DNA of 64,000 nucleotides from the human T2T-CHM13v2.0 reference genome, Homo sapiens (GCF_009914755.1 NC_060932.1); one strand, 5' to 3'; positions 1-17,200 are shown, counted from the stretch's first letter. Numbers and translations: made by a program. The notes: generated from the letters alone by a model not told the origin.

Positions 1-289
<289 letters not shown>

Positions 290-567
290 ATTCCAAAATC
301 TTGACAAGAGATTATTCATTCTTTTTGATGGCCATGTAATAGTCCATAATGTGCCATAATTTATTAACTAATCTTCCACTGATGAATATCTAGGTTGTTT
401 TCAGCTTTTTGTTGTTTAGAAACGTGCTGCTATTAAAAGAAAAGATTCAAAACTCTTCTCAAGTGTTTTAGCACATGTGATTTGGGATGATGGACAATAT
501 ACCAATTGAAAAATTTATAATGTATTAAAACCTTACCCTCTTACCATTGACTTTCCATTTTTCCATC

Positions 568-868
<301 letters not shown>

Positions 869-955
869 CTTTTTTTCCATCATTTTTTAAACCTTGTTTT
901 CATTACAATGTCACGGTAGCTCCTCCAACAGTATGTTTAATCTTACCCCTGGTAA

Positions 956-1051
<96 letters not shown>

Positions 1052-1289
1052 TAGTTTATTTACTGTTTTTCAAGAATTGATGTGATTTAATCTATTTTAG
1101 TGCTTTACAATTAGATACCGTCTTCCATGTTTATTTCACTGATGTCCTAGTTTTATTGACAAAATAATGCATTTTCTCCTATGTGTTTAAATTTCTGAAA
1201 GAATGTAGTGTGATGGAGGCTGTGTTTAAACTCCTATCTGAAATACTAATGAGGCTGTATAACAAAGTCATTCATGTATTTAAGAGAGA

Positions 1290-1500
1290 TCTGTTGTGTA
1301 CCTGCGATGTGCCAGGCACTGTGCTAGTGCTAGAGACACGTCAGTAAGCACAGCAGACAAAGGTGCTGCCTTTGTGGAGCTTCGTGGAGAGCGTGGGCCA
1401 TGGAGTCAACAGACCTGGGCTACTCTGCTCCTTGCTCCTTTCTTGCTGGGTTACTTTGAACATATTACTTAACCTCTCTAACCTTGATGTTTTTCCCATC
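1290..1500. mobile_element. L2 and MIR fragments
   Basis: tgtgccaggcactgtgctag (L2 3' end) and ttacttaacctctct (MIR core) motifs. Confidence 0.55.
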
Positions 1501-1511
1501 TATATAATTGT

Positions 1512-1940
1512 GTGTATCAGGATCAGGTTCGGCTGCATGTAGGGGTGGCTTACACCTGCAGAGGTTTATTCTCTCATATAAAAAGTTTCAAGGTGAGTAA
1601 TGGAGGGCTGATCGGTTGATTGTCCAGCATGGAGCTCCGGCCCTGCAGGCCAGGAAGTGATGGCTAGAGCACCAAGCATCATCTTGGATGAGAAAGGGGA
1701 GGCGTGGAAGCAAAAGGGCATGTGTTCCAGCTGTGAGTCAGCTCCCTTTAAACAGCCTTCCTGAAAGTTCCACACGACCCTTCTCTGTGTGTCTCATGGC
1801 TAAGACAATCTCATGGACACATCAAGCTGCAAGGGAGTTTGGGAGTTGTAGTCTTAGCTGGTTGCATTGCAGCCGCTAATGAGATCAGGGTTCTATTACA
1901 AGGAAAAAGAGGAGAAGAGATATTGGATGGCAATGAGCAA
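1512..1940 (-). mobile_element. Ancient MLT1-type (ERVL-MaLR) LTR remnant
   Basis: tgtatcaggatcaggttcggctgc start and MLT1-like body. Confidence 0.45.
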
Positions 1941-2449
1941 TTTTCATAACATGCAAAATAGTAGTATCTACCTCCTAGGTTTCTTGAAAGAAAACATGAA
2001 AATTGTGAGTAGTAAGCTGTCAATAAATATTTGCTGTTAACGCTGTCAGATCTTCTCAGTGTAGCCTTGCCAGAGTTCAAGTCCAACATTTTACTTACGT
2101 GAACTTGACTAAGTTCCTCAAACATTTTACTCTGTTCTTTTAACTGGGGTTTACCTGGATATGGTGCCCTTGTAGTTTTATTGGTGTGAGCTCATTCTTA
2201 CCAGCAGCCGCATGTCACCTGTATGCTACCAGACTAAAGTGTTCAGTGAACTATTACACTTTCAGAGAGGAAATACACTTTATTTCCTTAAATGAACAGT
2301 TTCTTTAATGAAAAAAAAAAAAACCCTGTAACGTCATTTTTTTTTTCCAAAAAAAAATCTAAGCCTCCAAACAATTTAGGCATCTTGTCTTATAAAACCA
2401 GTGGAGATTGTGCCAGTATTATGGAACATTGTTAAGAATTTGCCAGGTT

Positions 2450-2759
<310 letters not shown>

Positions 2760-3171
2760 AATTTGCCAGGTTGGTTGATTTAATTATTTCTTTTCAGTGC
2801 CGTGGTAACTCTTTGTCTTTTGTATTACCTAAACCACTTGCGAAGTGTTTATGAAGCAAAATGAGGAAAGTTATGTTTTTTAATTTTTTACAATCTCTAC
2901 TGCAGACTGGGACCACATATTTATCAAAATGCTCCTCTGTGTTCTTTTTACTCATCATTTTACTGCATTATAATTGTGGCTATCATCATGATATTCTAGG
3001 AATAATACCTTATAGTAGTTTGCAATGCATTCTTCAGTTAGAAGGAAAGTAAGACTGAAGTGATGTAATTAATTATGTAGATTTTCCCTGGCATTTCTAC
3101 TTCTTCCCCATTTTACATTTTTTCTTTTCTTTTTTTTTTAAATCCCCCAATGTTACAACAACCCCGTTTTG

Positions 3172-3315
3172 GTTTTTTTTTTCTTTCTTTTTTTTTTTTT
3201 GAGACAGGGTCTCGCTATTTTGCCAAGCTAGTCTTAAACTCCTGGGCTCAAGCGATCCTCCTGCCTCAGCTTCCCAAAGTGTTGGGATTACAGGAGTGAG
3301 CCATCACACCTGGCC
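3172..3315 (-). mobile_element. FLAM/Alu monomer
   Basis: Antisense monomer; flanks aacaaccccg/attt. Confidence 0.85.
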
Positions 3316-3681
3316 CAACAACAACCCCATTTTAAATAAGTATATAATGTCTACTATAAGATAGGTATGTAGATAGTATAGATACATCTGCAGGCATAAA
3401 TATACACAGGCATTATGTGGTGGGGGGGGTATGTATTTCAGATTTGAAATAACATCTTTTGCAGAAGCTTTTCTGGGCTGTAAAGGCATTATCCTGTGCA
3501 AGGAAGGTAGCTGCCAGTGATTGGTGGACCACTGCCTAGGACTGAGTTTTAGGGGTATCAGGGATCAGTATTCACTTTCCTGTTTCTCTCTCTGGTTTTC
3601 ACTACATTGTGGTCCTCCCCCATCTTTAACCCTCTTATGTTCCTACCTTCCCTACATGTTGAAATTATTTAAGGAAGTACA

Positions 3682-4172
3682 GGCTGGATGCCGTGGCTCA
3701 TGGCTATAATCCTAGCACTTTGGGAGGCTGAGGTTGGGAGGATCACTTTAGCTCAAGAGTTCAAGACGAGTGTGGAAAATATAGTGGGACCAGAAAGAAA
3801 GACAAAAAGAGAGAGAGAGGAAGGGAGGGAGGAAGGGAAGAAAGGAAGGAAGGGAGGAAGGAAAGGAAGGAAGGAAAAGAGACAGAAAGAAGGAGAGGAA
3901 AGGGAGGGAGGGAGGAAAGGAAGGAAGGGAGAGAGACGGAAAGAGAAAGAAGGAAAGAAGAAAGGAAAGGAAGAGAAAGAGAAAGGGAAGGAAGGAAGGA
4001 GAAAAAAGAAAAATTAGCAGAAGGAAGGGAGGGAGGTAGGAAGGGAAAAATTAGCTGCATGTGGTGGCGCATGCCTGTAGTCCCAGCTACTTGAGAGGGC
4101 TCAGTGAGCTATAATTGCACCACTGTACTCCAGCCTGGATGACAGTGTGAGACCCTGTCTCAAAAAAAAAAA
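3682..4172 (+). mobile_element. AluJ-like element with expanded GA-rich linker and internally deleted right arm
   Basis: Left arm 3682-3790, purine tract, shortened right arm and poly(A). Confidence 0.8.
3792..4050 (+). repeat. GA-rich (GGAA/GAAA) low-complexity tract
   Basis: ~260 bp of almost pure purine. Confidence 0.95.
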
Positions 4173-4214
4173 ATTACATAAGGAAGTGCATTGTTTAAAT
4201 CTACTTTCCTTTTA

Positions 4215-4488
4215 GTTTGTTTGTTTGTTTAGAACCAAGGTCTTGTTCTGTTGGGCAGGCTGGAGCGCACCAGTGTGATCATGGCTCACTACAGTGTCGA
4301 ACCCCTGCACTCAAGTGATTCTCCCACCTCAGCCTCCCAAGTAGCTAGGTCTACAGTGACGCACCACCACACCTGGCTAATTTTTGTATTTTTGCCCAGG
4401 CTGATCTCAAACTCCTGGCCTCAGTTGATCCTCCTGCCTTGGCCTACTAAAGTGCTGGGATTACAGGTGTGAGTCATTGCTCTTGGCC
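4215..4488 (-). mobile_element. AluJ-like
   Basis: Antisense Alu motifs. Confidence 0.85.
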
Positions 4489-4539
4489 CTTCAGCTAGTT
4501 TTTGACCACTAGCTGGTAGTGCACAATTCTGATGGTTAA

Positions 4540-4833
<294 letters not shown>

Positions 4834-6733
4834 TAGCACAGATTATAACATAAGAAGTGGTAATACATTTTTAAGGAAAGAAATCTCTAGCGATTTAAAG
4901 TTTATCACAGCAGACAGCCTCCAAGTGAATACTTGTTATATTTACTTTGACCCAGTGTTTCTAAACAAGAAAATTTTTGCTCAAATACTGAGGAGAAAAA
5001 CTCAATTTTAAAAGTTAAGGAAAATATGAGGAAAAATGAAGGTTCAGAAGAGTTATATAGTTACCCATGGTTCTGTCTTCTACAATTCTTGTCTCATTTT
5101 TGTTATGTATGTTTCTTATCTTCAACTGTATAATATGGGAATTTTTCAGAATTAGTAATTAGATAATCATTTTTGTCATTGTTATATTTGGTATAAAATG
5201 TCTCAAGTCTTTTGGCTTCTATTAATTCATTTTTCTGATGTAATGCATCAGATTAAAAAGCTCCTGGGAGATACAATTATAAAAGCAAAGAGTGGAGATA
5301 AGTCATCTGATTACAACTCTCCCCACCCTGCTTTATTTTTCATTTTAGGGCTTTTATTGTTGTTTTTACTTAGTTTATCTGAGTTAAGTAGCAATAAACT
5401 GTTGTTTAATTCATAGATTTTTTTCAGGATGTTTTGTGTAATTTTCCATCTTCTAGTCATGTATACTTTTACAAATTATTCCATTCTGAAATATTTCAGG
5501 AAGAAAGTAATGTTTTCCTTTGCTAAGTTTCAGGCTAATGGAACTTTAAACCCGATCTGTTTTCCTAGAAAAGCAGGTATTTGTTTTTTCAGAGAAACTA
5601 GCTGGATGCTTGGAAGTATGGTCCTTAACCAGAAACCCTATGACTTGAAGCTCTGCTGGAGCCTGACCCCCTTATTCAAGGCTGTTCAGAGACAGAGCTT
5701 GGGAAAAGTAACAGCCCTCTTGTTAATTATAATTTGGGTAAATAAGGTTTCATAGCATCAAGCCTATTTTTAGTTAGTCTGCCTTAATTCATGGCCCATG
5801 AATTATTTCCTGTAAATCTTTATTTTGAGAGCTGAAAACATTTCTGAAAGGTACCTTGAAGCACCGTCCCGTGGTCCATTACAGGGCGAGAGGCCGGGAC
5901 AGAACTTGGTCAGGACATCAGTATGTGAAGGCGGAACTCGGCTCAGTGGAAATGTTTTGTGCTGGAAGCACTTTGTCCCACTTACTTAGTCTCTCTAGGA
6001 GAGTTTTAATACGGACCAAAAGCCTCCCTTTCATTGCGGCAGTCTTTTTCAGTAAGGCAGAACAGTGGCTTTGACTTGAGAAATTATCACCTATAAAGCA
6101 CTCTTACAGGTACTTCAGCTTACAGTTCAAGAAAATTGTTTAGTTGTCAAAAAAACAGAGCTTAAGGCCTTTTGAATTATTTATTGACAAATGGAAATGT
6201 ACACAAAGATTGCTTTCTGTGGCAAAGATAGACAGGAAAAGTGTCCTTTACCAGGGAAATGGAAATTGGATGCAAGGAATATCTTTCTGGCTATGTGGCA
6301 CCAAGCCCAGCCAACCATTTAGAAAAATAATTCATCAGCCAGTAAGGCAGTTCCAACTCTAGACACATTTTTCCAAACAAGCAGATAAGCCAAATAGGGC
6401 TTCAGCACATTTAGTAAGAAAATACACAAACTACCCCGCCAGAAGGAGCGCCAGGGTTCACAGCAGGCTTTCAATGTTTTCCGTGGTGACAGATTTTTAT
6501 TTTTAAAGCACTTTAACCTCAAGACCCTTAAACTTTATGTTGAATTCAGACCTGATCTAGGTGTAATAAAAGTGCTCATGGCATCAGAAAAGCATGAAGT
6601 GAACCGTGGCCACGTTTCAGTGTGCTGTTTCTTATGGTGCTTGAGTTGCTGGGCTCTGGGCTCTGTGCTGCCCAACCTCCATCAATAGACCACGCAGACA
6701 AAGCAGAATTATCCGCATCATTCACGGAAATCA

Positions 6734-7105
<372 letters not shown>

Positions 7106-7150
7106 CTAACTACTTCAGTCTGTGCCCAAAAAAGACCCGCAAGAAGTTGA

Positions 7151-7803
<653 letters not shown>

Positions 7804-8119
7804 TATTTTAATTTTTAAAAATGTGTGCTTCTGGTATCTTCTGTGAAAAAAATTTTTAAAAATTTTTAAAAAGTGTGCTTATTTGTTTGAGTTCTTTATA
7901 TAAGAAATTTGTATTACTTAGTCATTTTTGAAAGGGAAAAATGAAACTGTCACTTGTTTTCATAAGTTTTAAAGAAACACACAGGTCCCAGGGGTATCCT
8001 TGTCTTGTCAAGAACTACAGCTTGATGACCGGCAGAATATCTAGTGTCTCTGGCTACTTATCTAGCAGTGGCAGAGGATCTGCTTTCTGTAACAGATATG
8101 ACGATCACTTCCTCCTATC

Positions 8120-8426
8120 TTTTTTTTTTCCCCTCAGAGACAGTGTCTTGCTCTGTTGCCCAGGCTAGAGTACAGTGGTACAATCATTGTTCCCTGTAGC
8201 CTCGAACCCCTGGACTCAAGCAATCCTCCCACCTCAGCCTCCCAAGTAGTTGGGACCACAGGTGCACCCCACCATAACTGGCCAATTTTTTTTAAATTTT
8301 TCATTTTGTAGAGAAGGGGGTCTGACTCATTGCCCTGGCTGGTCTGGAACTCGTGGCCTTAAGTAGTCCTCCCACCTCAGTCTCCTGAAGTGCTGAGATT
8401 ACAGGTGTGAGCCATTGTGCTCAGCC
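8120..8426 (-). mobile_element. AluJ
   Basis: Diverged antisense dimer. Confidence 0.88.
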
Positions 8427-9323
8427 CCATATCTAAGATTTTTAAAGCTAGTTATGGAAAATACTTTCATTAATCTTTTTACTGTCTGATCATGTGGTGT
8501 GGAATTTTTCCCCTTGGCTAACAGGAGGTATTACCCTGATACCTGAGTAGAGGTGCAAAGTGGTTCATTTTCTTCTGTGTCCCAGACCAGAATTAGTTAT
8601 TTTGCTTACTATGAAAAAGTTGTGCATTAGCTCTTAGTAGTAAATAGTGATAAATCTCCCATTTTTTAAGAACCATGGTCCAGACCCCACAATCCCTCTT
8701 TCAAACATTTCATATAATCCACATTTCAGCCCAAAGAAGTAGGTTACAGATCTCTTCTTTCTGTAGATGAGAAAACAAGCCTTTGTGAGAGTAAGCACAT
8801 CACCTTTAGTGATAGAGTCCGGTGTCTAGACTCTCTAGACAAGGGGGGTGGGGCTGGCTGGGGCTTTGATTACAAAGAACCTAAAAGAGGCAGATTGTGT
8901 CCTGTTATCATAGAATATTTTGACGTAAAATATAAACCTGGTATGGTGCAAACTACAAATTTCAGTTGGTTCCCACAGCTGGAAGCCTTACAGTTTCTCC
9001 TTTAAAAGAAATCCACTGCTCATTTCCCTGTTGTTTAGGATCACAGCCCCGAAAGTTGTGATGTCTAAATGCCATTATTAAGGGACCTGTGAAATAAATT
9101 ATGGTATATTAATATAAAATGAGATACTTTTCAGCCATTAAAAAGAATATCTATCTAGATATACTTACTTGGAAAAATTACCATGAAATAAGCAAATTGC
9201 AGAAGAAGGTAATATTTCTTGGTGTGAAAGAAGTGTGTGCTTGAAATGCATATGTTTTTCCAAATCGTATTTATTTTTAAACTTTTTAATGAGATATAGT
9301 TTATATGGAGTGATATTTACAAA

Positions 9324-9620
9324 TTTTTTTTTTTTTGAGATGGAGTCTCGGCTCTGTCACCCAGGCTGGGGTGCAGTCATGTGATCTTGGCTCACGGCAC
9401 CTTCCACCTTCCAGGTTCAAGCGATCCTCCCACCTCAGCCTCCTGAGTAGCTGAGACCACAGGTGTGCACCACCATGCCTGGCTAATTTTTTTGTATTTT
9501 TCGTAGAGACAAGGTTTCACCATGTTAGCTAGGCTGGTCTCAAACTCCTGACCTCAAGTGATCCACCCACCTCGGCCTCCCAAAGTGCTGGGATTACAGG
9601 CATGAGCCACCGCCCCCAGC
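9324..9620 (-). mobile_element. Alu inserted in an old L1-like AT-rich segment
   Basis: TSD atatttaca. Confidence 0.9.
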
Positions 9621-10327
9621 AATATTTACATATCTTAAGTGTACAGTGGAGCTTACATCTGGAATAATATACTCCAAACTTTTAAGAATAGCTAACTATT
9701 TTTTTGTAATTTTTTGTAATGATCATGTTATTTTATATATGTATCTATGTGAATATGTGTTATATATGCATATATATTTTTTGTTTGTTTTAAAGAAAAG
9801 GTTAGATGCACACATTTACACTCATGTTCAACTTGAGAAGCTTCCCAGGGATCTCAGAGATCCATCCCATCTTCCATCCTGAAATCTTCCATCCTGAATA
9901 GGAGAATATGCCTGGGAAATTTTACTTTAACAGCTGAAGATTTGGAAAGCCAGAAGTGACTGAGAGATCAAGGCCACTCTTGTTATTTCTTACCAGACTG
10001 TGCGTTCTGATAAGAAATGTTGGGATGTTGGACTGAGCACCCTGTTTTAGGCCCCCGCCCTCATTATCAGCCCCCAGCAATTCCTCATCAGGAAAAACAA
10101 TAGGCATTCCTGAGGTTCTCTCCAATTCTCTGGGCACCAGAAACACCTCCTTATTTATTTTAGTACATTTGTGAATGAGTGTATATTAAGCATTCCCAGT
10201 TTTCAAGATAACAAGTTCAAAAGGACAAAAATAACATGTATTTATTTTTATTGCCCCATAACATATAGTGAGGCATCTCAGCTGTCACAGGCAGATAATA
10301 ATTATGAATTGACAATTTATATCATTA

Positions 10328-10628
10328 GGTGGGGCACAGTGGCTCACGCCTGTAATCCCAGCATTTTGGGAGGCTGAGGCAGGAGGATTTCTTGAGGCCA
10401 AGTGTTCAAGACAAGCCTGGGCAACATAGTGAGACCCCATCTCTAAAAATTAGCTGGATGTGGTGGCATGTGCCTGTAGTTCCAGTGATTCAAGAGGCTG
10501 AGGCAGGAGGATTGCTTGAGCCCAGGAATTGAAGGCTGGAGGGAGTTATGATCACACTACTACACTCCAGCCTGGGTGACAGAATGAGACCCTGTCTCTT
10601 AAAAAAAAAAAAAACAAAAAAAAAAAAA
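10328..10628 (+). mobile_element. AluJ
   Basis: Sense dimer and poly(A). Confidence 0.88.
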
Positions 10629-11174
10629 CCAGTTTACACAATTGAATACTGAATTTCTTTCCTAATCCCCCACCCCCTCTATCAACACTTCTGTCCACCC
10701 TCCCTTACTTTCAGAGTCAGTTACTTCATCTGCACTTGTTTACCCATAAAAATTGCCTTGGTATTGAGGGGTACGTGGGATGGATATTGGAGAGAGCCTA
10801 AAGGAGGCTATGTTTTCTCATCAGTGGTTTCATTATCACCAGAACCCTCAGCCTGTGGTAGATAAAGCTGGGAGGGAGTATGTTAGCATTCCAGGCTCAG
10901 GGCGGGGTAGACCGTGCTGGTGAAGTGGGAGTAATGAGGGCCCTGGCTGTTCCCTTCAATTCGAGACTAGAGGCATCGCCTCAGGGCTCCCCACGCCAAA
11001 GTCCTTGGACTCCAGTGATCACCTTTGGGTCCTTCTGCTGCCTCCCTTTAACCTTTTCAGCTTTCACTGGTTTAAATCATATCCTGGGCCAGACAGCAGA
11101 AGCTGTGCCACCTTTCAGTAGGTGTGCTTGTAATAGGGACACTGACAGAGGAACAAAGCTGTTAGATCCCATAA

Positions 11175-11468
<294 letters not shown>

Positions 11469-11619
11469 ACATTTCTTCTCAATTATGTAATAAAAAGACT
11501 AATTCGGAGGTACACTCGCATAAGAAAGCAGAACAGCTTAAGCAAAGAGAGTGTTACCTTGCTGAGGGAAAAGAAGGAATTAATTTTTATTGCCACCTTT
11601 GTGTCACATGCTGTGTCTC

Positions 11620-11860
11620 CAGCATTATCGCCCCTAGCCCTTACAGCAACCCTGTGGGACTGGTGTTGTCATCACCTCTGTTTCACCGCTGAGATCACAG
11701 GAAGCTTCCGAGTGGAGGCTGAGCCAGAGCTGTCTGGCTCTAGTGCCTGTGCCATTCCACTCACATTGGCTTGCAACTTGGCCCTGACTACTGATGATAA
11801 AGCCTGGGAGATAGTATCTGTGAAGTACCTAGCTTGGTGCCTGGCACATACTTAGAAAAT
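11620..11860. mobile_element. MIR/L2 fragments
   Basis: cttacagcaaccctgtg and gtgcctggcacata motifs. Confidence 0.5.
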
Positions 11861-11933
11861 GTTCCTCCCAACAGCCTCACCCATCCTCAGTCACCTTCCA
11901 CCCTTCTGTTGGAAGCATAGCCTCCACCAATAA

Positions 11934-12065
<132 letters not shown>

Positions 12066-13121
12066 TAAGACTCTTATACATACTGTGAACCAAGTACCAT
12101 GGGTAACGGTTTTTCTTAATTTCAGCTGTCTGTAAGAACCTTTTCAGCTGACATCCAGGAGGCCTACTATTTTAGAGCTAGAGAAGCATTAAGGGTCTTT
12201 TTCAACATAAGTAAATGAGCAAACCAAATACCATATGAGGGAAAAGACTTGTCCAAGATGAGAGAGCTGAGTAGCTGCCTAGAATCTTTGACGCTCGGTC
12301 TGGTGATCTTCCCCTTACATGTGGCTATCTCACCCATTCCTTAAGCAAACATTTCCCGAACACTTCAAGCCTCCAAGTGCTGTGCCCACCACCCTGCAGA
12401 GTTTTTTTTTTTTTTGATTTTTTGGTTGTAGCTGAAATGTTATTACTCATGCCTAAACACGTGAATTTAACTCAAATATATTTTTTCACATGTTTTGCAC
12501 AGGTGACACCCAGAATTATAGTTGAAAAATGTGGAGTCTTAGAGGCAATTTTTAAACTGTAAAGATTAAAAATAATGAAATACTAGAACATGTGCATGAT
12601 CTGAGTGAACTAGACTGTAATACGTATGAATTTTTCATAAACATAAGTTCTTTCTAGATAAAATTTTGGGAAGGAATTCAAGCTTATACCTAATTTATAG
12701 CAACCATGTATGGAATTTGTAAGAAAGACCTTGGGAAAATATTTAACTGTCAGAAAAAGACTGATTTAATGCTTACTTAGGATTTAAAATACATTTGGCA
12801 CCTTCAGTGTAAGTCAATTAACAGCAACTATATTCTGCAGTAACTCAACTGTCAGAGATAAAGCACCATTTAAAAATGGCGTCCACCTCTTAGAACACAA
12901 ACATTTTATCTTCCAAATATTTCAACTAGCTAACTAATAGCAATAATTATTTTATGTGAATATCTGTTTATGTTTCACAATCCCAAATGATTATTAAGGG
13001 TGGAAAATTTTCAAGTTAGGCATGATTTTGGTTCTAATTAACAGCCTAAAAAGATAGCTAGCATCTTCTTTCCTTTGTCCTGGAGAAGACCCACTGGACT
13101 TTGAATTTAAAAAATAAAGTA

Positions 13122-13500
<379 letters not shown>

Positions 13501-13571
13501 TCAACTCAAAATCAAGCCTTCTCTAGCACACAGGATGAATGAATCACTTGAATTAAGAAATAACTTACATA

Positions 13572-13868
<297 letters not shown>

Positions 13869-14000
13869 ATAACTTATATAGTCATGTCTTTTAAGCTTGA
13901 TGTAGGTAAAATTGAAAGAATTAACCCAAATTCGAAAATGGGAAGAAAATTGCTTATTGTGTTATTGACTTTTTGGATGATTTGTTTCTTCTGTTTACAG

Positions 14001-14089
14001 TTACCCAGATAATATCACTCCTGACACTGAAGATCCAGAACCAAAACCTATGATCATTGGCACCAATAATGTGTTTGAAGTTGGCTGTT
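14001..14089 (+). CDS. DCTN6: DCTN6 coding exon 4
   Basis: ctgtttacag|T TAC CCA...GGC TGT T|gtatccttt; encodes [29 protein letters not shown](Y); 89 nt; U12-type donor. Confidence 0.95.
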
Positions 14090-14098
14090 GTATCCTTT
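14090..14098 (+). promoter_or_regulatory. U12-type 5' splice site GTATCCTTT
   Basis: Exact match to the RTATCCTTT minor-intron consensus at the frame-required exon 4 boundary. Confidence 0.92.
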
Positions 14099-14112
14099 AC
14101 AATAATCTACCA

Positions 14113-14220
14113 TAAATAATTCCTGGCTCTCCTTTAGTACCTAAGTCTTCTCCTGTAGAAATTGTAAATAATTCCTGGCTCTCCTTTAGTACCTAAGTCT
14201 TCTCCTGTAGAAATTGTAAA
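14113..14220. repeat. Perfect 52-bp tandem duplication (2 copies + 4 bp)
   Basis: taaataattcctggctctcctttagtacctaagtcttctcctgtagaaattg at 14113 and at 14165. Confidence 0.95.
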
Positions 14221-14298
14221 ATTGTCATAATTTATCTATCAAACATACTTACATTCACAATATATATTATAATTACATTTTTAAAAGTAGGTCATCCA

Positions 14299-14630
<332 letters not shown>

Positions 14631-15056
14631 CTAGCTCTTTGAACAGACTTCTTGAATAGTATATATTTTAAAAATGGTCCCTTCTGTTCCTGTAAATAAG
14701 TCAATAGAGTAAAATAAGTATGCCGTTTTTAGACAAACGCAGACACACACATATCTTTAGCTCAGCACTTTGAAAGAAACCACTTCTTTTGCTGGTACTA
14801 CAGCTTGTTGACAGGTAGCAATGGCTGAGTGACAGTAAACATAGAAGCAGCAATGCTGGCTTCCTTCTTGATTCAAGAACCCCAGCTTTGTCAGTGTGGT
14901 TCCTCTGTAGTTTTAGGTAGACAATGCATTGTCTGATTCAAGAAAATGGTGTGTAGGGGTGAAAATATTCCATTATTCATGTGTTGTCTTTTTTCCTCCC
15001 TAGAATGTCTCCAGTTCTTTTGCTTAGTTTAGTACTCTAAAAAGATAGTAAAATCA

Positions 15057-15414
<358 letters not shown>

Positions 15415-15527
15415 TTAGAAGGAAAAATCTAAATGTTCAATGATAGCAAGATATTTAAATAAATTGAACTATGAGCATAAAACCACTAGGAGCATTAAGC
15501 AGTCATTTAAAGTTATGTTTTTAAAGA

Positions 15528-15831
15528 TTTTTTTTTTATTTTATCTTTTCTGAGACAGGCTCTTGCTCTGTCACCCAGGCTGGCATTGCAGTGGCACAAT
15601 CATAGCTTACTGCAGCCTCAGCTCCCAGACTCAAGCAATCCTTCCATCTCAGCCTCCCAAGTAGCTGGAATTATAGGTGCACACCACCGTGCCCAGCTAA
15701 TTTTATTTTTGGTAGAGATGGTGTCTCACTCTGTTGCCCAGGCTGGTCCTTGAACCCCTAGGCTCAAGCAATCCTCCCACCTTGGCCTCCCAGAGTGCTG
15801 GGGTTACAGATGTGAGCCACCCTGCCTGGCC
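15528..15831 (-). mobile_element. AluJ inside the U12 intron
   Basis: TSD taaagatttt. Confidence 0.9.
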
Positions 15832-16260
15832 TAAAGATTTTAATAGCGTGGAATAATGCTTGCAAATTTAAGTGAACTGAATAAGCTATAAAAGTTTATA
15901 CAGTTTGATTCCCACTTATATACAGGAAATTCTATATATTTATATAAAGATATATCAAACTTTTAACAGTGTTTAAGTGATTGGGTGATGGATAGTTTTA
16001 ATTATCTTGAAACAATTATGAAAATATTTTACTCATAAAATCAGGGTATAAGGTGCTCATTTCTTTAAAAACACAAGTCATTTATTTATACCTAGAGATA
16101 CTTATGTTTAAAGATTAAACCGTTACCACAGATTGCCCAGAGCAAAGAGTTCTGGCAAGGGTGAGCCTGCATGGCCCATCTGACACCCCTGTCCTCTGTC
16201 CCAGTGCAATGTAAGTACATACTGTGTTAGTGGGGACTAAAGATGAACATATTTGTAGTA

Positions 16261-16270
16261 TTTACCTAAC
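16261..16270 (+). promoter_or_regulatory. U12-type branch site TTTACCTAAC
   Basis: Resembles TTCCTTAAC, lies ~13 nt upstream of the AG, and there is no long polypyrimidine tract. Confidence 0.75.
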
Positions 16271-16282
16271 TCTGGCTTACAG

Positions 16283-16330
16283 ATTCCCAAGCCATGAAGA
16301 TGGGAGATAATAATGTCATTGAATCAAAAG
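16283..16330 (+). CDS. DCTN6: DCTN6 coding exon 5
   Basis: cttacag|AT TCC CAA GCC ATG...TCA AAA G|gtaagc; encodes (Y)SQAMKMGDNNVIESK(A); 48 nt. Confidence 0.95.
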
Positions 16331-17019
16331 GTAAGCTACATTCAGAGTTTCATTGTCAAAGCAGTGACCTCTTTTCTCTTTGTGGTGTCCTGGGAAACAA
16401 CCTAATAGAAACTGTGGCAAGGTGTTGTGCTTGGAAGTGGGCTACAATAGCTGGCGAACTAATTGTTTGCCACTAAGGAACCTAATCTGGTTATGTGGTT
16501 ATCTGGTAATGTTAAATACATTAAATTTAAAATCAGCTATGTACAGGATTGAATTAAACCATAAACTTTAAATGAAAGATTTGGAAAAGATTTCTACTAA
16601 ATACTAGTCTCTGAAATTTTAGTTGGTTAGTGTTGTTGTAGAATTAAAGGGGGGGAAAAATCAAAGTTTCTGTAGCAGTTGTTTTCTTTAATTTCAGGAA
16701 TACTTTTCCCTAGCCAATCAGAAACAAATATCATGTGCTTGTAAGTGGGACCAGACAGGAGATTACCTAAAGTCACTGTCACTACTGGGAAGCAACTTCA
16801 AGAGCTTGTCCCACCAAGGTCCAGAAAAAACCTGAATGATGACAATTCTTTAGAATAGTGGGTTATCTTTCTTGGTCCTGAGTGGCACGAAAGAAAATGC
16901 TTCTTTTTAAAATAATAAAATTACACTTTTTGTTAATCTACTTAATGACTTTTATTTTAATTTGGATTATCAATTATCACTATTATCATCAGCATTTTCT
17001 ATTTATTTTATGCTTACTG

Positions 17020-17200
17020 TGTGTCAAACCTGTGCTCATCACTTTACATCTGTTATCACATTTATTCCTTAAACTGTGAAGTAGAGTGGCCTCTTTGTTT
17101 TATAGATGAACTTGAGCTTAGAGACTTTGCAGCGACTTTCCCAAGGTCACACAAATAGCAGCAGAGCTCCATTTTGAATTCATCTGACCCTGGCTTGTAC
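17020..17200 (-). mobile_element. MIR
   Basis: ttttatagatgaa...cccaaggtcacac core. Confidence 0.65.

Noticed and set aside
3688-4072. Lys/Glu/Arg-rich and Leu/Ser/Phe-rich ORFs
   Set aside because: Translations of the GA-rich low-complexity tract
14113-14220. CRISPR-like array interpretation of the direct repeats
   Set aside because: Two abutting copies, no spacers, eukaryotic intron
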